Of a stretch of DNA of 64,000 bases, positions 10,266 through 19,229 are shown piece by piece (position 1 is the stretch's first letter; every line of letters starts with the position of its first letter). The notes beneath the pieces were generated by a model. It had not been told where the DNA came from. It did no database searches and worked only from the letters and a program-made list of their open reading frames with translations. This DNA comes from Lachnospirales bacterium (lineage in GTDB: Bacteria > Bacillota > Clostridia > Lachnospirales > CAMZNU01): contig JBKEBX010000022.1 of NCBI GenBank assembly GCA_047973385.1, forward strand, positions 106,692 through 170,691, read 5' to 3'. Both the position numbers and the translations under genes were made by a program.

Positions 10266-10283
10266 CTGCATTATTGCAAAATA
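10266..10283 (+). repeat. degenerate solo unit of the CATTGCAAAA repeat family
   Basis: ctgcattattgcaaaata, in the 47-nt gap between csaB and the O-antigen ligase-like gene. Confidence 0.3.
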
Positions 10284-10290
10284 TTAAAAC

Positions 10291-11625
10291 TTATTTTGCA
10301 TAACTTGACTCATCATAAAACCAAAGGTTTAATATACAAGCTACAAGCATCCAAAAAACAACAACCATCATAGGTACTTCAAAAATATTCTCAACTAAGT
10401 TATTCGCAACAATAGCTATAACCCCTACAAATCCTGATAACATAAGCTCTTTAGACTCTTTATCTTTTATTCTAATAACTCCAAAAAATCCCCATTTAAC
10501 TACTCTATACATAAGGTTAAACAAGAAGAACAAGCCAACAAGACCTATTTCTGCAGCTATTTTAAGGTAATAATTATCCATATAATAGTGGCCTAAAACT
10601 TCGTTATTCGTTGCAACAGCACCACCGATATGACCAAGTCCAACACCAAAAACAGGGTTTGCCGCAACACTTTGAAGCCCATCTAACCATCTAACAAGTC
10701 GCCCACCTTTTAAAGATGATTGAATATAGTCCATGCTAAACATATATGATAGTCTGTCACCAATTGATGGGATAAACACAAGTATCAAAACTACACCTAT
10801 TATAGCCGGTATAAGAAGTCGTATGTCTTTCACTAAAAGATATACAAACATACCTCCTAAAAATACAAACCATGCACCTCTTGAATAAGTAACTACAAGA
10901 CAAAGTAACATTGCTCCATATATACATAAATACATAAGCTTTATTATGTATTTCTTTTCAATTAACATCATTCCTAAAACAAGTGGCGAAACAAGGGCTA
11001 TAAGGCTACCTAAAATATTTGGACTACCTATTATAGAATAGGCACGAGTTCGTATACCTGTTTCAACAGAGTCAACCCACCCTGGTGGCATCTCTACACC
11101 TATAATATATTGATAAATACCATGTAATGAAATCAAAAACACCGTACCAATTAGCACCATATAAATTATTTTTACAGAGTTTTTACCTTTAATAAGTTGG
11201 AAAAATGCAAAGAAGAAAAAAATGTATTCTACATTTGCTCGTAATCCTTCAAGTACAATATTCATTTCATAAGGATTTGCAAATACACATACAATATTTA
11301 TACAGACATACATAAATATTGGTACGTCAACAGGTGACCACTTAAAATCAGGTTCTTTTCTATATAGTATCCATTTATAAACTACAAGACAAAGAAGTGC
11401 TATAAGTGCCAAGTCGTCCCATGCACCTGCAAGAGATGGCACTACTTTTCTTAGCCCATAATCAAGAATTGAATACATAGCCATAACATATACAGCCACC
11501 TCATAGTTGCACTTTAAAATTATTATACCTGCTATTAAAACAATAGCTACAAAAAATAATATAGGCGATACTTTCAACAAAACCCCAAGTAAAATAGCAA
11601 CTCCTACAATTAAAAGGTTAGTCAT
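10291..11625 (-). CDS. O-antigen ligase/polymerase family membrane protein (Wzy_C-type)
   Basis: 444 aa with about 10-12 TM helices. The central loop TYSRGAWFVFLGG is typical of the O-antigen ligase family. Confidence 0.75.
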   Translation of the reverse strand: MTNLLIVGVAILLGVLLKVSPILFFVAIVLIAGIIILKCNYEVAVYVMAMYSILDYGLRKVVPSLAGAWDDLALIALLCLVVYKWILYRKEPDFKWSPVDVPIFMYVCINIVCVFANPYEMNIVLEGLRANVEYIFFFFAFFQLIKGKNSVKIIYMVLIGTVFLISLHGIYQYIIGVEMPPGWVDSVETGIRTRAYSIIGSPNILGSLIALVSPLVLGMMLIEKKYIIKLMYLCIYGAMLLCLVVTYSRGAWFVFLGGMFVYLLVKDIRLLIPAIIGVVLILVFIPSIGDRLSYMFSMDYIQSSLKGGRLVRWLDGLQSVAANPVFGVGLGHIGGAVATNNEVLGHYYMDNYYLKIAAEIGLVGLFFLFNLMYRVVKWGFFGVIRIKDKESKELMLSGFVGVIAIVANNLVENIFEVPMMVVVFWMLVACILNLWFYDESSYAK

Positions 11626-12166
11626 TTTTTGCTACCTCCAATTCTAAAAGTCTATTTACTGTTTTGTAACAAAAAGAACTGTAAAAAGCTTTAACTATAT
11701 AGTCACTTAAAAAATATAACAATGTCACAAAAATTCCCAAAACATAATACAAAATACCAATGTTTAAAGTTCTTCTCATTATTATAGTTGCACATATATA
11801 AGCTAAAACAAAACATAATATAAATAAACAAGTGCTTTGGGCTTTACTGTTTTTTGAACTCTCAAAACTTTCTTTAACTTTACAAACTACAATTGAACCT
11901 GAAAAAGTTTTGTCCACAAAGTCATAAAGCCCTTTTGAATGTGTAACTATAAAATTATATATTTTTTCATTTATTTCTAACAATAATGAACTTTTATATC
12001 TAGGCTGACTATTTACAAATTTCACTACTGATTTCGCTATTTTACTCTCTTTTGAAATATTTACAATGTTATCGCATAATACTTTAAGTCGGCTATGTTT
12101 GTACATATTTATAACTAATGCTATAAACTTATATATAAAGCTATTCACAAAAATCGCTTTGAACAT
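11618..12166 (-). CDS. hypothetical membrane protein
   Basis: 182 aa with two C-terminal TM helices and no motif I recognise. Translationally coupled to its neighbour by an 8-nt overlap. Confidence 0.5.
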   Translation of the reverse strand: MFKAIFVNSFIYKFIALVINMYKHSRLKVLCDNIVNISKESKIAKSVVKFVNSQPRYKSSLLLEINEKIYNFIVTHSKGLYDFVDKTFSGSIVVCKVKESFESSKNSKAQSTCLFILCFVLAYICATIIMRRTLNIGILYYVLGIFVTLLYFLSDYIVKAFYSSFCYKTVNRLLELEVAKND

Positions 12167-12182
12167 ATACTAAACACCCTCT

Positions 12183-12698
12183 CTATTTTACTTCGCTTTC
12201 ATCGAAAACAATATCTTCTACCATTGATGATACTTCAACCTTTTGTGTTTTAAAGAAAATTCTTGTACCAATTCTTGCTTCTTGTCCATTTATTTTTAAA
12301 ATCGGGCTTTCTACGTTTTGGTCTGTTACAAGAGTTACTAAAACATCTAAATTTTCAGGGTGTTCACTAAGCACTACATTACCGTCACTGTCATAACCAT
12401 TGTATATGGCAGGTCCTGCCTCATGAATTTTATAAATCTCACCACCTGTATAGGCATTTTGAGCAATAAGCTTGTCCCCAACTTCCATACGTTCTACAAA
12501 TCCAGTCGGTACGTTTTGACATTTTACTGTTACATACATTTTCTGAATATTATCTCCTGTGGAAACTGAATATGACTCAGGATTTTGAACTAATTTCATA
12601 GCAATAACCCCAACGACTACTACTACAAAGACTAAAACAACTAAGTCAAGCAAGTTAACCTTTCCAAAAAATCTACCTTTTTCATCAATAATTTTCAT
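12183..12698 (-). CDS. DUF4330-like protein with an N-terminal signal anchor
   Basis: 171 aa. MKIIDEKGRFFGKVNLLDLVVLVFVVVVVGVIA matches my memory of the DUF4330 N-terminus. The family assignment is from memory only. Confidence 0.55.
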   Translation of the reverse strand: MKIIDEKGRFFGKVNLLDLVVLVFVVVVVGVIAMKLVQNPESYSVSTGDNIQKMYVTVKCQNVPTGFVERMEVGDKLIAQNAYTGGEIYKIHEAGPAIYNGYDSDGNVVLSEHPENLDVLVTLVTDQNVESPILKINGQEARIGTRIFFKTQKVEVSSMVEDIVFDESEVK

Positions 12699-12702
12699 TT
12701 TC

Positions 12703-13821
12703 TTATCTCCATTCCTTTATAATTTCTTCATATATTTCTAAATGTGTGTTTCTCATTTTTTCCTTTGAAAACTCATTTACTACTTTTTGATTAAAGTTCA
12801 TTGCAAGTTCATTACGCTTACTTTCGTCATTTACTAAAACCATAATTTTCTTTGCAAAATCCTCGCTATCACCTGATTTAAAAAGAAATCCATCTTTGTT
12901 GTCTTCTATCATCTCAGGTACACCACCAACCTTTGATGCAATAGTTGCTTTTTTCATCAAGCCTCCCTCAAGTAATGCATAGGGAAAACTTTCCGACAGT
13001 GACGCAAGTGTATTTATATCTATTGCATTGTAAAAAGAATTTACATCTTTTACAAAGCCTAAAAAATACAAATTATCAATATTTAGTTCTTTTTTCATTG
13101 CGAAATACTTATCTTTTTCGTCACCCGTTCCTGCAATCAAAAATATTATTTTTTCTTTTTCCAAAAGCTTACAAGTATTTATAAAAATGTCAATTCCCTT
13201 AACATAATCAAGTCTGCCACACAAACCAACATAAACATAATCTTCTTTGTTTGGTACATTATGTTCTTTCAAAAAATCTACTTTGTGTTGATATTCCAAT
13301 TCTTCTTTAGCATCAATACCATTGTAAATAGTATATATTTTTTTGTTTTTAAATCCTCTGTCTTCTAGCATCTTCTTGTGTGATTTTGTTACAGCAAAAA
13401 AATACTGAAATCTTTTTAAGGCAAACTTATTAATATTAGTAAAAACAACTTTTTTGTATAGTTGGTCAGAAAAATCAAGTAAATAGTCACTATGAACCGT
13501 TGTTATATAAGGTTTTTTAAGCCCCATTAGTTTTAGGATTGTAGCTATATAGTTAGCTCTTGCTCCGTGACAATGTACTATATCAAAATCTTCCTTTAAT
13601 ATAAAAGACTTAATTTTTTTTATTGAGCCTATATCAAATCTGTTTTTTTGTGAAATAACCTTTGTGTTTATACCAAGTTCCACAGCTTCTTCAGTAAATA
13701 TACTTTCCATAACGCACAAAAGTGTTATATCAATGCTTTTATTTAATTCTGATAAAAGTGTTAAAACATGGGTTTTAGCTCCTCCAGAGTCGCCACCACT
13801 AATTATATGCACTACTTTCAA
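12703..13821 (-). CDS. glycosyltransferase family 4
   Basis: 372 aa. MKVVHIISGGDSGGAKTH at the N-terminus and the C-terminal E-x7-E region (SESFPYALLEGGLMKKATIASKVGGVPEMIED). TTG start with RBS GGTGGTGA. Confidence 0.8.
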   Translation of the reverse strand: MKVVHIISGGDSGGAKTHVLTLLSELNKSIDITLLCVMESIFTEEAVELGINTKVISQKNRFDIGSIKKIKSFILKEDFDIVHCHGARANYIATILKLMGLKKPYITTVHSDYLLDFSDQLYKKVVFTNINKFALKRFQYFFAVTKSHKKMLEDRGFKNKKIYTIYNGIDAKEELEYQHKVDFLKEHNVPNKEDYVYVGLCGRLDYVKGIDIFINTCKLLEKEKIIFLIAGTGDEKDKYFAMKKELNIDNLYFLGFVKDVNSFYNAIDINTLASLSESFPYALLEGGLMKKATIASKVGGVPEMIEDNKDGFLFKSGDSEDFAKKIMVLVNDESKRNELAMNFNQKVVNEFSKEKMRNTHLEIYEEIIKEWR

Positions 13822-13832
13822 ATACTCACCAC

Positions 13833-15098
13833 CTAAACTAAACTATCAAATACTTCTGCAAGTTTTTTTGTTAACTCATATCTTTCAAAACTTTGAATAA
13901 GTTCAAAATTTTGTTCATTATATTCTTCGCCTCTATCCCACATTTCATAAAATTTTAAAATAACTTTTTTAATTTCATCAATATTTTCAAAGTAAGCAGT
14001 TTCCCCAATATTTGTTTCATTTACAATATCAAAAGCACAGCCATAGGGAAGAACAGCTATAACAGGACGGTAGGTATTCATATATTCAAAAACTTTACCT
14101 GTATAAAAAGCATCTGAACCAACACCACCACCCTCTAATAAAAGAAGTGCATCAGAACTCACAAGTTTTTTAAGAGCCTCTTTGTGTGGCATATAGTCAT
14201 GTACAATTACACATTTATCTATGCCAAACTTCTTGATATTATCTAATAGAGCATCTCTTTTATAATTTCCTATAAAATTTATACTAAGTCTATCTATATT
14301 TATCTCATTACTTTCTACAAGTCTTTGTACTGCTTCAAAAAAATAGTCTGGCTTACGTCTACCATACATAGCTCCTGTATAAGTAATTGTAAATTTATCA
14401 TTTTTAGGCTTTATATTTTCTAATCCACTAAAATCATCTTTATCATATCCATTTGGTATAGTGAAAAAATCCTCTTGTCTTTTTTCATCTAAACTATGAA
14501 TATCAATAAAGTTTTGTCGCATAACAGGAGTGTTAGTTATTAGCTTATCAGCATATTTTATAACTTCACTTTCCATTTTAAGTTCCTTATCCATTCGTGA
14601 TTTACTATATGGATTATCCTTTGTATAGGGATTATTTGACCATTCATCACGAAAATCACAAACCCACTTAACTTTACCCTTTAAAGTTTTCTTTATAAAT
14701 AAACCAAGTAAATGGTCAGAATATGGATAAGATGTTGTATAAATTAAATCTATTTTTTCATCTTCAATTATTTTTAAAGCTTTTTTATGCAAAGATAATT
14801 CCCATAGTCTTGCTTGATCGGGGATTAAAACTTTTCTACCTATTATTTTTGATGGGATTGCACTTTTTTTAGTGGAATCTGACTTATCATAGGCATTTGT
14901 TCTATATATCTTTGTCTCCTTTGGAATGTCCTTTAAAAGACTTTCATCAAGTAAACTTACGTCTTTCGTATCTCTAGTTAGAACAATAGGCTCATATCCA
15001 AAATGGTGTAAGTTTTTTACAAATTTAGATGTTCTTTGCACACCTGAACCACCCATTGGTGGAAACTGATATGCTATTATCAAAACTTTTTTACTCAA
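13833..15098 (-). CDS. glycosyltransferase (GT-B fold, GT4-like)
   Basis: KKVLIIAYQFPPMGGSGVQRTSKF N-terminus. I prefer TTG 15098 (RBS GGAGG, 5-nt spacing, overlapping the upstream stop as TTGAGTAA) over the ATGs at 15116 and 15110. The start is uncertain. Confidence 0.7.
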   Translation of the reverse strand: MSKKVLIIAYQFPPMGGSGVQRTSKFVKNLHHFGYEPIVLTRDTKDVSLLDESLLKDIPKETKIYRTNAYDKSDSTKKSAIPSKIIGRKVLIPDQARLWELSLHKKALKIIEDEKIDLIYTTSYPYSDHLLGLFIKKTLKGKVKWVCDFRDEWSNNPYTKDNPYSKSRMDKELKMESEVIKYADKLITNTPVMRQNFIDIHSLDEKRQEDFFTIPNGYDKDDFSGLENIKPKNDKFTITYTGAMYGRRKPDYFFEAVQRLVESNEINIDRLSINFIGNYKRDALLDNIKKFGIDKCVIVHDYMPHKEALKKLVSSDALLLLEGGGVGSDAFYTGKVFEYMNTYRPVIAVLPYGCAFDIVNETNIGETAYFENIDEIKKVILKFYEMWDRGEEYNEQNFELIQSFERYELTKKLAEVFDSLV

Positions 15099-16344
15099 AA
15101 TGTCCTCCATCTCCAAGTAAAGTATAGTTAAAGCCTATTTTTTCAAGACTTTCTCTATTATAATAATTTCTAGTATCTAAAATATTTTTACTGTTCATTG
15201 CCTCATAAATTTTAATAAAGTCTAAGTCTTTAAACTCTTTATGATTTACTGCTAAAATAAGCAAATCGCTGTTTTCTATATTCTCATACAACGGTATGTC
15301 GTATTTTGAAACATGAGGGTCAACAACTTTAACATTTACTCCCTCATTTTCCAACTCTTCAATTAAATGAACAATTGGACTTTCTCGCATATCATCAACA
15401 TCTGGTTTATATGTTATACCTAAAACCGTAACATTTTTCTTATCTTTTAAAATATCCAAAGCCTTGTTAGCTACATATTTTGGCATACCGTCATTTATAG
15501 TTCTAGATGCCTCCATAAGTGAAGTAACTTCTGGTGCTTTTTCAATTATAAACCATGGGTCAACTGCTATACAATGTCCTCCAACACCTGGTCCTGGAGT
15601 ATGTAAATTTACACGAGGGTGCATATTTGCATATTTCACTACATCAAAGGCATTGATTTTTAGCTTTTCTGATATTTTAGCAAGTTCATTTGCAAGAGCA
15701 ATATTTACATCTCTATATGTGTTTTCCATAAGCTTACACATTTCTGCAGTTGTAGCATCAGTTATAAAAATATCTCCCTTTACAAATATTTCGTATAACT
15801 CCTTAGTTTTTAAAGAGCTTTCTTCATTTATACCACCAACAATTCTGTTGTTGTTCACAAGTTCATTTAAAATTTGACCTGGTAAAACACGTTCGGGAGA
15901 ATGAGAAACAAACACGTCTTTACCAATATCAAGACCTGAATTTTTTAAAATCGGTACAATTATATCTTCCGTTGTTCTAGGTGGTGAAGTGGATTCTAAA
16001 ACTACTAAATCACCTTTTTTAATTATTGGTAAAATAGACTTTGTAGCACTTTCTACATATTCCATACCTGCCGTTTTATCTTCTCTTACAGGTGTCGGCA
16101 CAGCTATTATATAAACATCTGAAACAATAGGAGTTGTTCCACATTCTAAATATCCTTTATCTACTACTTCTTTTACAAGTTCAGGTAATCCACTTTCTTC
16201 TATAATTATCTCACCTTTTTTAAGGCTATCTATAACATTTTGATTAACATCAACTCCATAAGTTTTAACTCCACTTGAAGCAAACATAGCTGACGTTGGT
16301 AGCCCTATATATCCTAAACCAAGTACACAAACATTTTTTATCAT
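15091..16344 (-). CDS. wecC: UDP-N-acetyl-D-mannosamine (nucleotide-sugar) dehydrogenase, WecC/Cap5O-like
   Basis: 417 aa. KNVCVLGLGYIGLPTSAMFA Rossmann motif and a catalytic Cys region (GPGVGGHCIAVDPWF). Confidence 0.85.
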   Translation of the reverse strand: MIKNVCVLGLGYIGLPTSAMFASSGVKTYGVDVNQNVIDSLKKGEIIIEESGLPELVKEVVDKGYLECGTTPIVSDVYIIAVPTPVREDKTAGMEYVESATKSILPIIKKGDLVVLESTSPPRTTEDIIVPILKNSGLDIGKDVFVSHSPERVLPGQILNELVNNNRIVGGINEESSLKTKELYEIFVKGDIFITDATTAEMCKLMENTYRDVNIALANELAKISEKLKINAFDVVKYANMHPRVNLHTPGPGVGGHCIAVDPWFIIEKAPEVTSLMEASRTINDGMPKYVANKALDILKDKKNVTVLGITYKPDVDDMRESPIVHLIEELENEGVNVKVVDPHVSKYDIPLYENIENSDLLILAVNHKEFKDLDFIKIYEAMNSKNILDTRNYYNRESLEKIGFNYTLLGDGGHFE

Positions 16345-17819
16345 TTCTGTTCTCCTTTTTTCCTCAAAGCATTAAGTACTGTATTTACTTCTTCTTTTAT
16401 TAAACCTGTATAATAGGCAAATACTATATAAAATACAATTGCCACCACTACATAAAAAATAGTGCTTATCAACGAACTACCTAAAAAGGTTTTTAATATA
16501 CTTACAAAAATAAACATAAGGGTACTTATTCCAAAAACCTTTATGTAAAAGGACTTTCCAAGACTCCATTTATTATATTCCATACTTTTTCTTTTTGATA
16601 ATAAAAAGTATGTCAAATATCCAATAACCGTTGTAAAACAAGCAACAACATAGCCATACTTTGGAATAAACAATAAATTTAAAACAAAATTTAAAAGCCC
16701 ACCAATCAAACTATATCTAAAAATATACTTAGTTTCACCTTTTAGCTCAAATACTTTATTTGAACATTCTGTTAAAAAACTAAATGTAAGAGCAATACTT
16801 ACAAAAACCATTACAAAATGCGCTTCTTTGTATGATGGTGCGAACAATAAAGTCGATAGTTCCTTTGAAATCAACGCTATACCAAAATTTAAAGGCACAA
16901 TCAAAATCAAGTAATATTTTACAAGTTGGCTAACAAGAGAATATGCCTCATCTTTGTTGCCTTTCGTATATACGTTATAAATCGTAGGCACTGAGCCTCT
17001 TGAAATCCCTGTATTTAACATTGTATATAACGTTGAAACAAGTGAATAATTCGTTACATATATTGCAACATCTTCCACGCTTATTATATACCTATCTGAG
17101 TTATTTATCAAGGTAGTTGTTAAAATCGAGCCGAGAAATGGCGTTCCATAGACAATAAACCTCTTGAAAACTCTTTGAGATAAACTTCTTATTTTAATAT
17201 ACTTATATATTTTAAGTCTTAAAAACGCTAAAACACTTACAAATGTATCTATTGTAGCATTCGTTATAAATATAACAACAACATTAGCCTCATATACATA
17301 CACAAGTAGAATAACAAGAAAGAATTTACCAAAGGCAGAACACATGGACAAAATCAAGTTAAACTTTGTCTTGCGACTACTTGCTAGTGTTGTTGTAAGT
17401 GTAGTTTGAGTGTTATATGCTATAAATGCAATAATAGCCCATATATACACCTCGAAATTAAGTGGTAATGTACTGTTTGCATTTACCACAATAAGTAAAG
17501 TTAAAGCTAAGGAACTAACTATAAGGTTTACACCAAGCCATATAAAAAAGGAAGTTGTGTAAAACTGTGTCAACTTGTTTTTTTCCTCATACTCTTTGAA
17601 AAATCTATACATAGATTGAGATAGCCACAACATAGAAAAAGCTGCAACTATTTGTATTGTTGTATTTAAAGTAATATATCTACCATAGGCTATTTCAGAA
17701 AAATAATATGTATATCTTGATACAATAAAAATACCAACTACACCTTCAATAAGCTTAGCTATTAAATATATAATTGTATCAGAAAACATATGCTTTTTAC
17801 TTGTATCCAAATTTTCCAT
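16341..17819 (-). CDS. wzx: oligosaccharide flippase (Wzx / MOP superfamily)
   Basis: 492 aa with about 12-14 TM helices. First gene of the glycopolymer operon. RBS AAGAGG. Confidence 0.8.
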   Translation of the reverse strand: MENLDTSKKHMFSDTIIYLIAKLIEGVVGIFIVSRYTYYFSEIAYGRYITLNTTIQIVAAFSMLWLSQSMYRFFKEYEEKNKLTQFYTTSFFIWLGVNLIVSSLALTLLIVVNANSTLPLNFEVYIWAIIAFIAYNTQTTLTTTLASSRKTKFNLILSMCSAFGKFFLVILLVYVYEANVVVIFITNATIDTFVSVLAFLRLKIYKYIKIRSLSQRVFKRFIVYGTPFLGSILTTTLINNSDRYIISVEDVAIYVTNYSLVSTLYTMLNTGISRGSVPTIYNVYTKGNKDEAYSLVSQLVKYYLILIVPLNFGIALISKELSTLLFAPSYKEAHFVMVFVSIALTFSFLTECSNKVFELKGETKYIFRYSLIGGLLNFVLNLLFIPKYGYVVACFTTVIGYLTYFLLSKRKSMEYNKWSLGKSFYIKVFGISTLMFIFVSILKTFLGSSLISTIFYVVVAIVFYIVFAYYTGLIKEEVNTVLNALRKKGEQK

Positions 17820-17834
17820 TATAACCTCTTTTAT

Positions 17835-17879
17835 AGGTGAATTTTAAAAAATCACTATACAATTTTTTAAAATTCACCT
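17835..17879. repeat. perfect 17-bp inverted repeat (11-nt loop) 16 nt upstream of the wzx start codon
   Basis: AGGTGAATTTTAAAAAA (17835-17851) and TTTTTTAAAATTCACCT (17863-17879). No U-tract follows on either strand. Confidence 0.6.
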
Positions 17880-18070
17880 TCTATTCAACTGTACCATTAT
17901 ATCAAAATTTCATAAAAAAATCTACATTTTACAGACAAAAATATTTTTTTTATATATCTTATTTAAAAATCAGTTAAATTCTGTTATAATATAGAAGAAA
18001 ACAACATTAAAATAAAATAATAAATTCTAAAATAGTAAGAATTATTTCAAATAATAAGGAGAGTGACCAT

Positions 18071-19216
18071 ATGGGTATTTTTGACGCAATTAGAGGCGAA
18101 TTTATTGAGGTTATTGAATATGATGAACGTGTAGAAGGTGTTTTAGTATATAAATATCCTATTACAACAAAACAACAAATTAAAAATAATGCACAACTTA
18201 TTGTTGGACCGTCACAAGTAGCAATTTTTGTATATGAAGGTCAAGTAGCTGATATTTATCATTCAGGAAGATATAGTTTAACTACTGAAACTATGCCTGT
18301 TTTAACATCTCTTAAAAACTTTAAGTATGCTTTTGATAGCCCTTTTAAAACTGATGTATATTTTGTTTCAACAGCACAATTTTTAAATCAAAAATGGGGT
18401 ACATCAAAACCTATAACTATGCGTGACAACGATTTTGGTATAGTTAGACTACGTAGTTTTGGTAACTATTCTTTTAAAATTAAAGAACATGATAAGTTTC
18501 TTGTTTCTGTTATAGGTTCAGGAGATACTATAACAATAGATAGTATTAGCGAACACCTTAAAACTTCTATAATATCAACTTTATCAGATGTAATCGCTTC
18601 ATCTGGAATAGCTGCTATCGACTTACCTATTATGTTTGAAGAACTTGGTACACAAAGTAAAGGGAGCCTTACTGATAAATTTTCAAGCCTAGCTTTAGAA
18701 CTTTTAAGTTTTAACATCGAAAGTGTTTCACTCCCTGAAGAAGTTGAAAAAGCTATTGATAAACGTTCTTCTATGGGTGCAATCGGTGATTTAAATAAAT
18801 ATACTCAATACCAAATGGCTGATTCTATAAAAGATGCTGCTAAAAACGAAGGTGGTATGGCTGGAGTTGGTGCAACTATGGCTATGGGTGTACAAATGGG
18901 TAATATGATGTCCCAAGGCTTAAACAACGGTGCAAATGCCTCAAACAATCAAATGCAACAAAACACAGTACAACAAACTCAAACTATCCCTTGTCCAAAG
19001 TGTAATGCTATGGTACAACAAGGAAGTAAGTTTTGTAGTTCTTGTGGGCAGAGCATGATAAACACTTGTGTAAGTTGTAATCAAGAAATACCACCAAACT
19101 CTAAGTTCTGTTCTCATTGTGGTGCAAATCAAAGTAATGAAAAAACTTGCTCTTGTGGTGCAACTTTAGACGCAAATGCAAAATTCTGTACTAACTGTGG
19201 TCAAAAATTCGAGTAA
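18071..19216 (+). CDS. SPFH/band-7 domain protein with three C-terminal zinc ribbons (YdjI-like)
   Basis: 381 aa. The N-terminal ~270 aa resemble the YdjI/COG4260 SPFH family. The C-terminus carries CPKC..CSSCG, CVSC..CSHCG and CSCG..CTNCG. Confidence 0.75.
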   Translation: MGIFDAIRGEFIEVIEYDERVEGVLVYKYPITTKQQIKNNAQLIVGPSQVAIFVYEGQVADIYHSGRYSLTTETMPVLTSLKNFKYAFDSPFKTDVYFVSTAQFLNQKWGTSKPITMRDNDFGIVRLRSFGNYSFKIKEHDKFLVSVIGSGDTITIDSISEHLKTSIISTLSDVIASSGIAAIDLPIMFEELGTQSKGSLTDKFSSLALELLSFNIESVSLPEEVEKAIDKRSSMGAIGDLNKYTQYQMADSIKDAAKNEGGMAGVGATMAMGVQMGNMMSQGLNNGANASNNQMQQNTVQQTQTIPCPKCNAMVQQGSKFCSSCGQSMINTCVSCNQEIPPNSKFCSHCGANQSNEKTCSCGATLDANAKFCTNCGQKFE

Positions 19217-19229
19217 TTGAGGTTAATTT

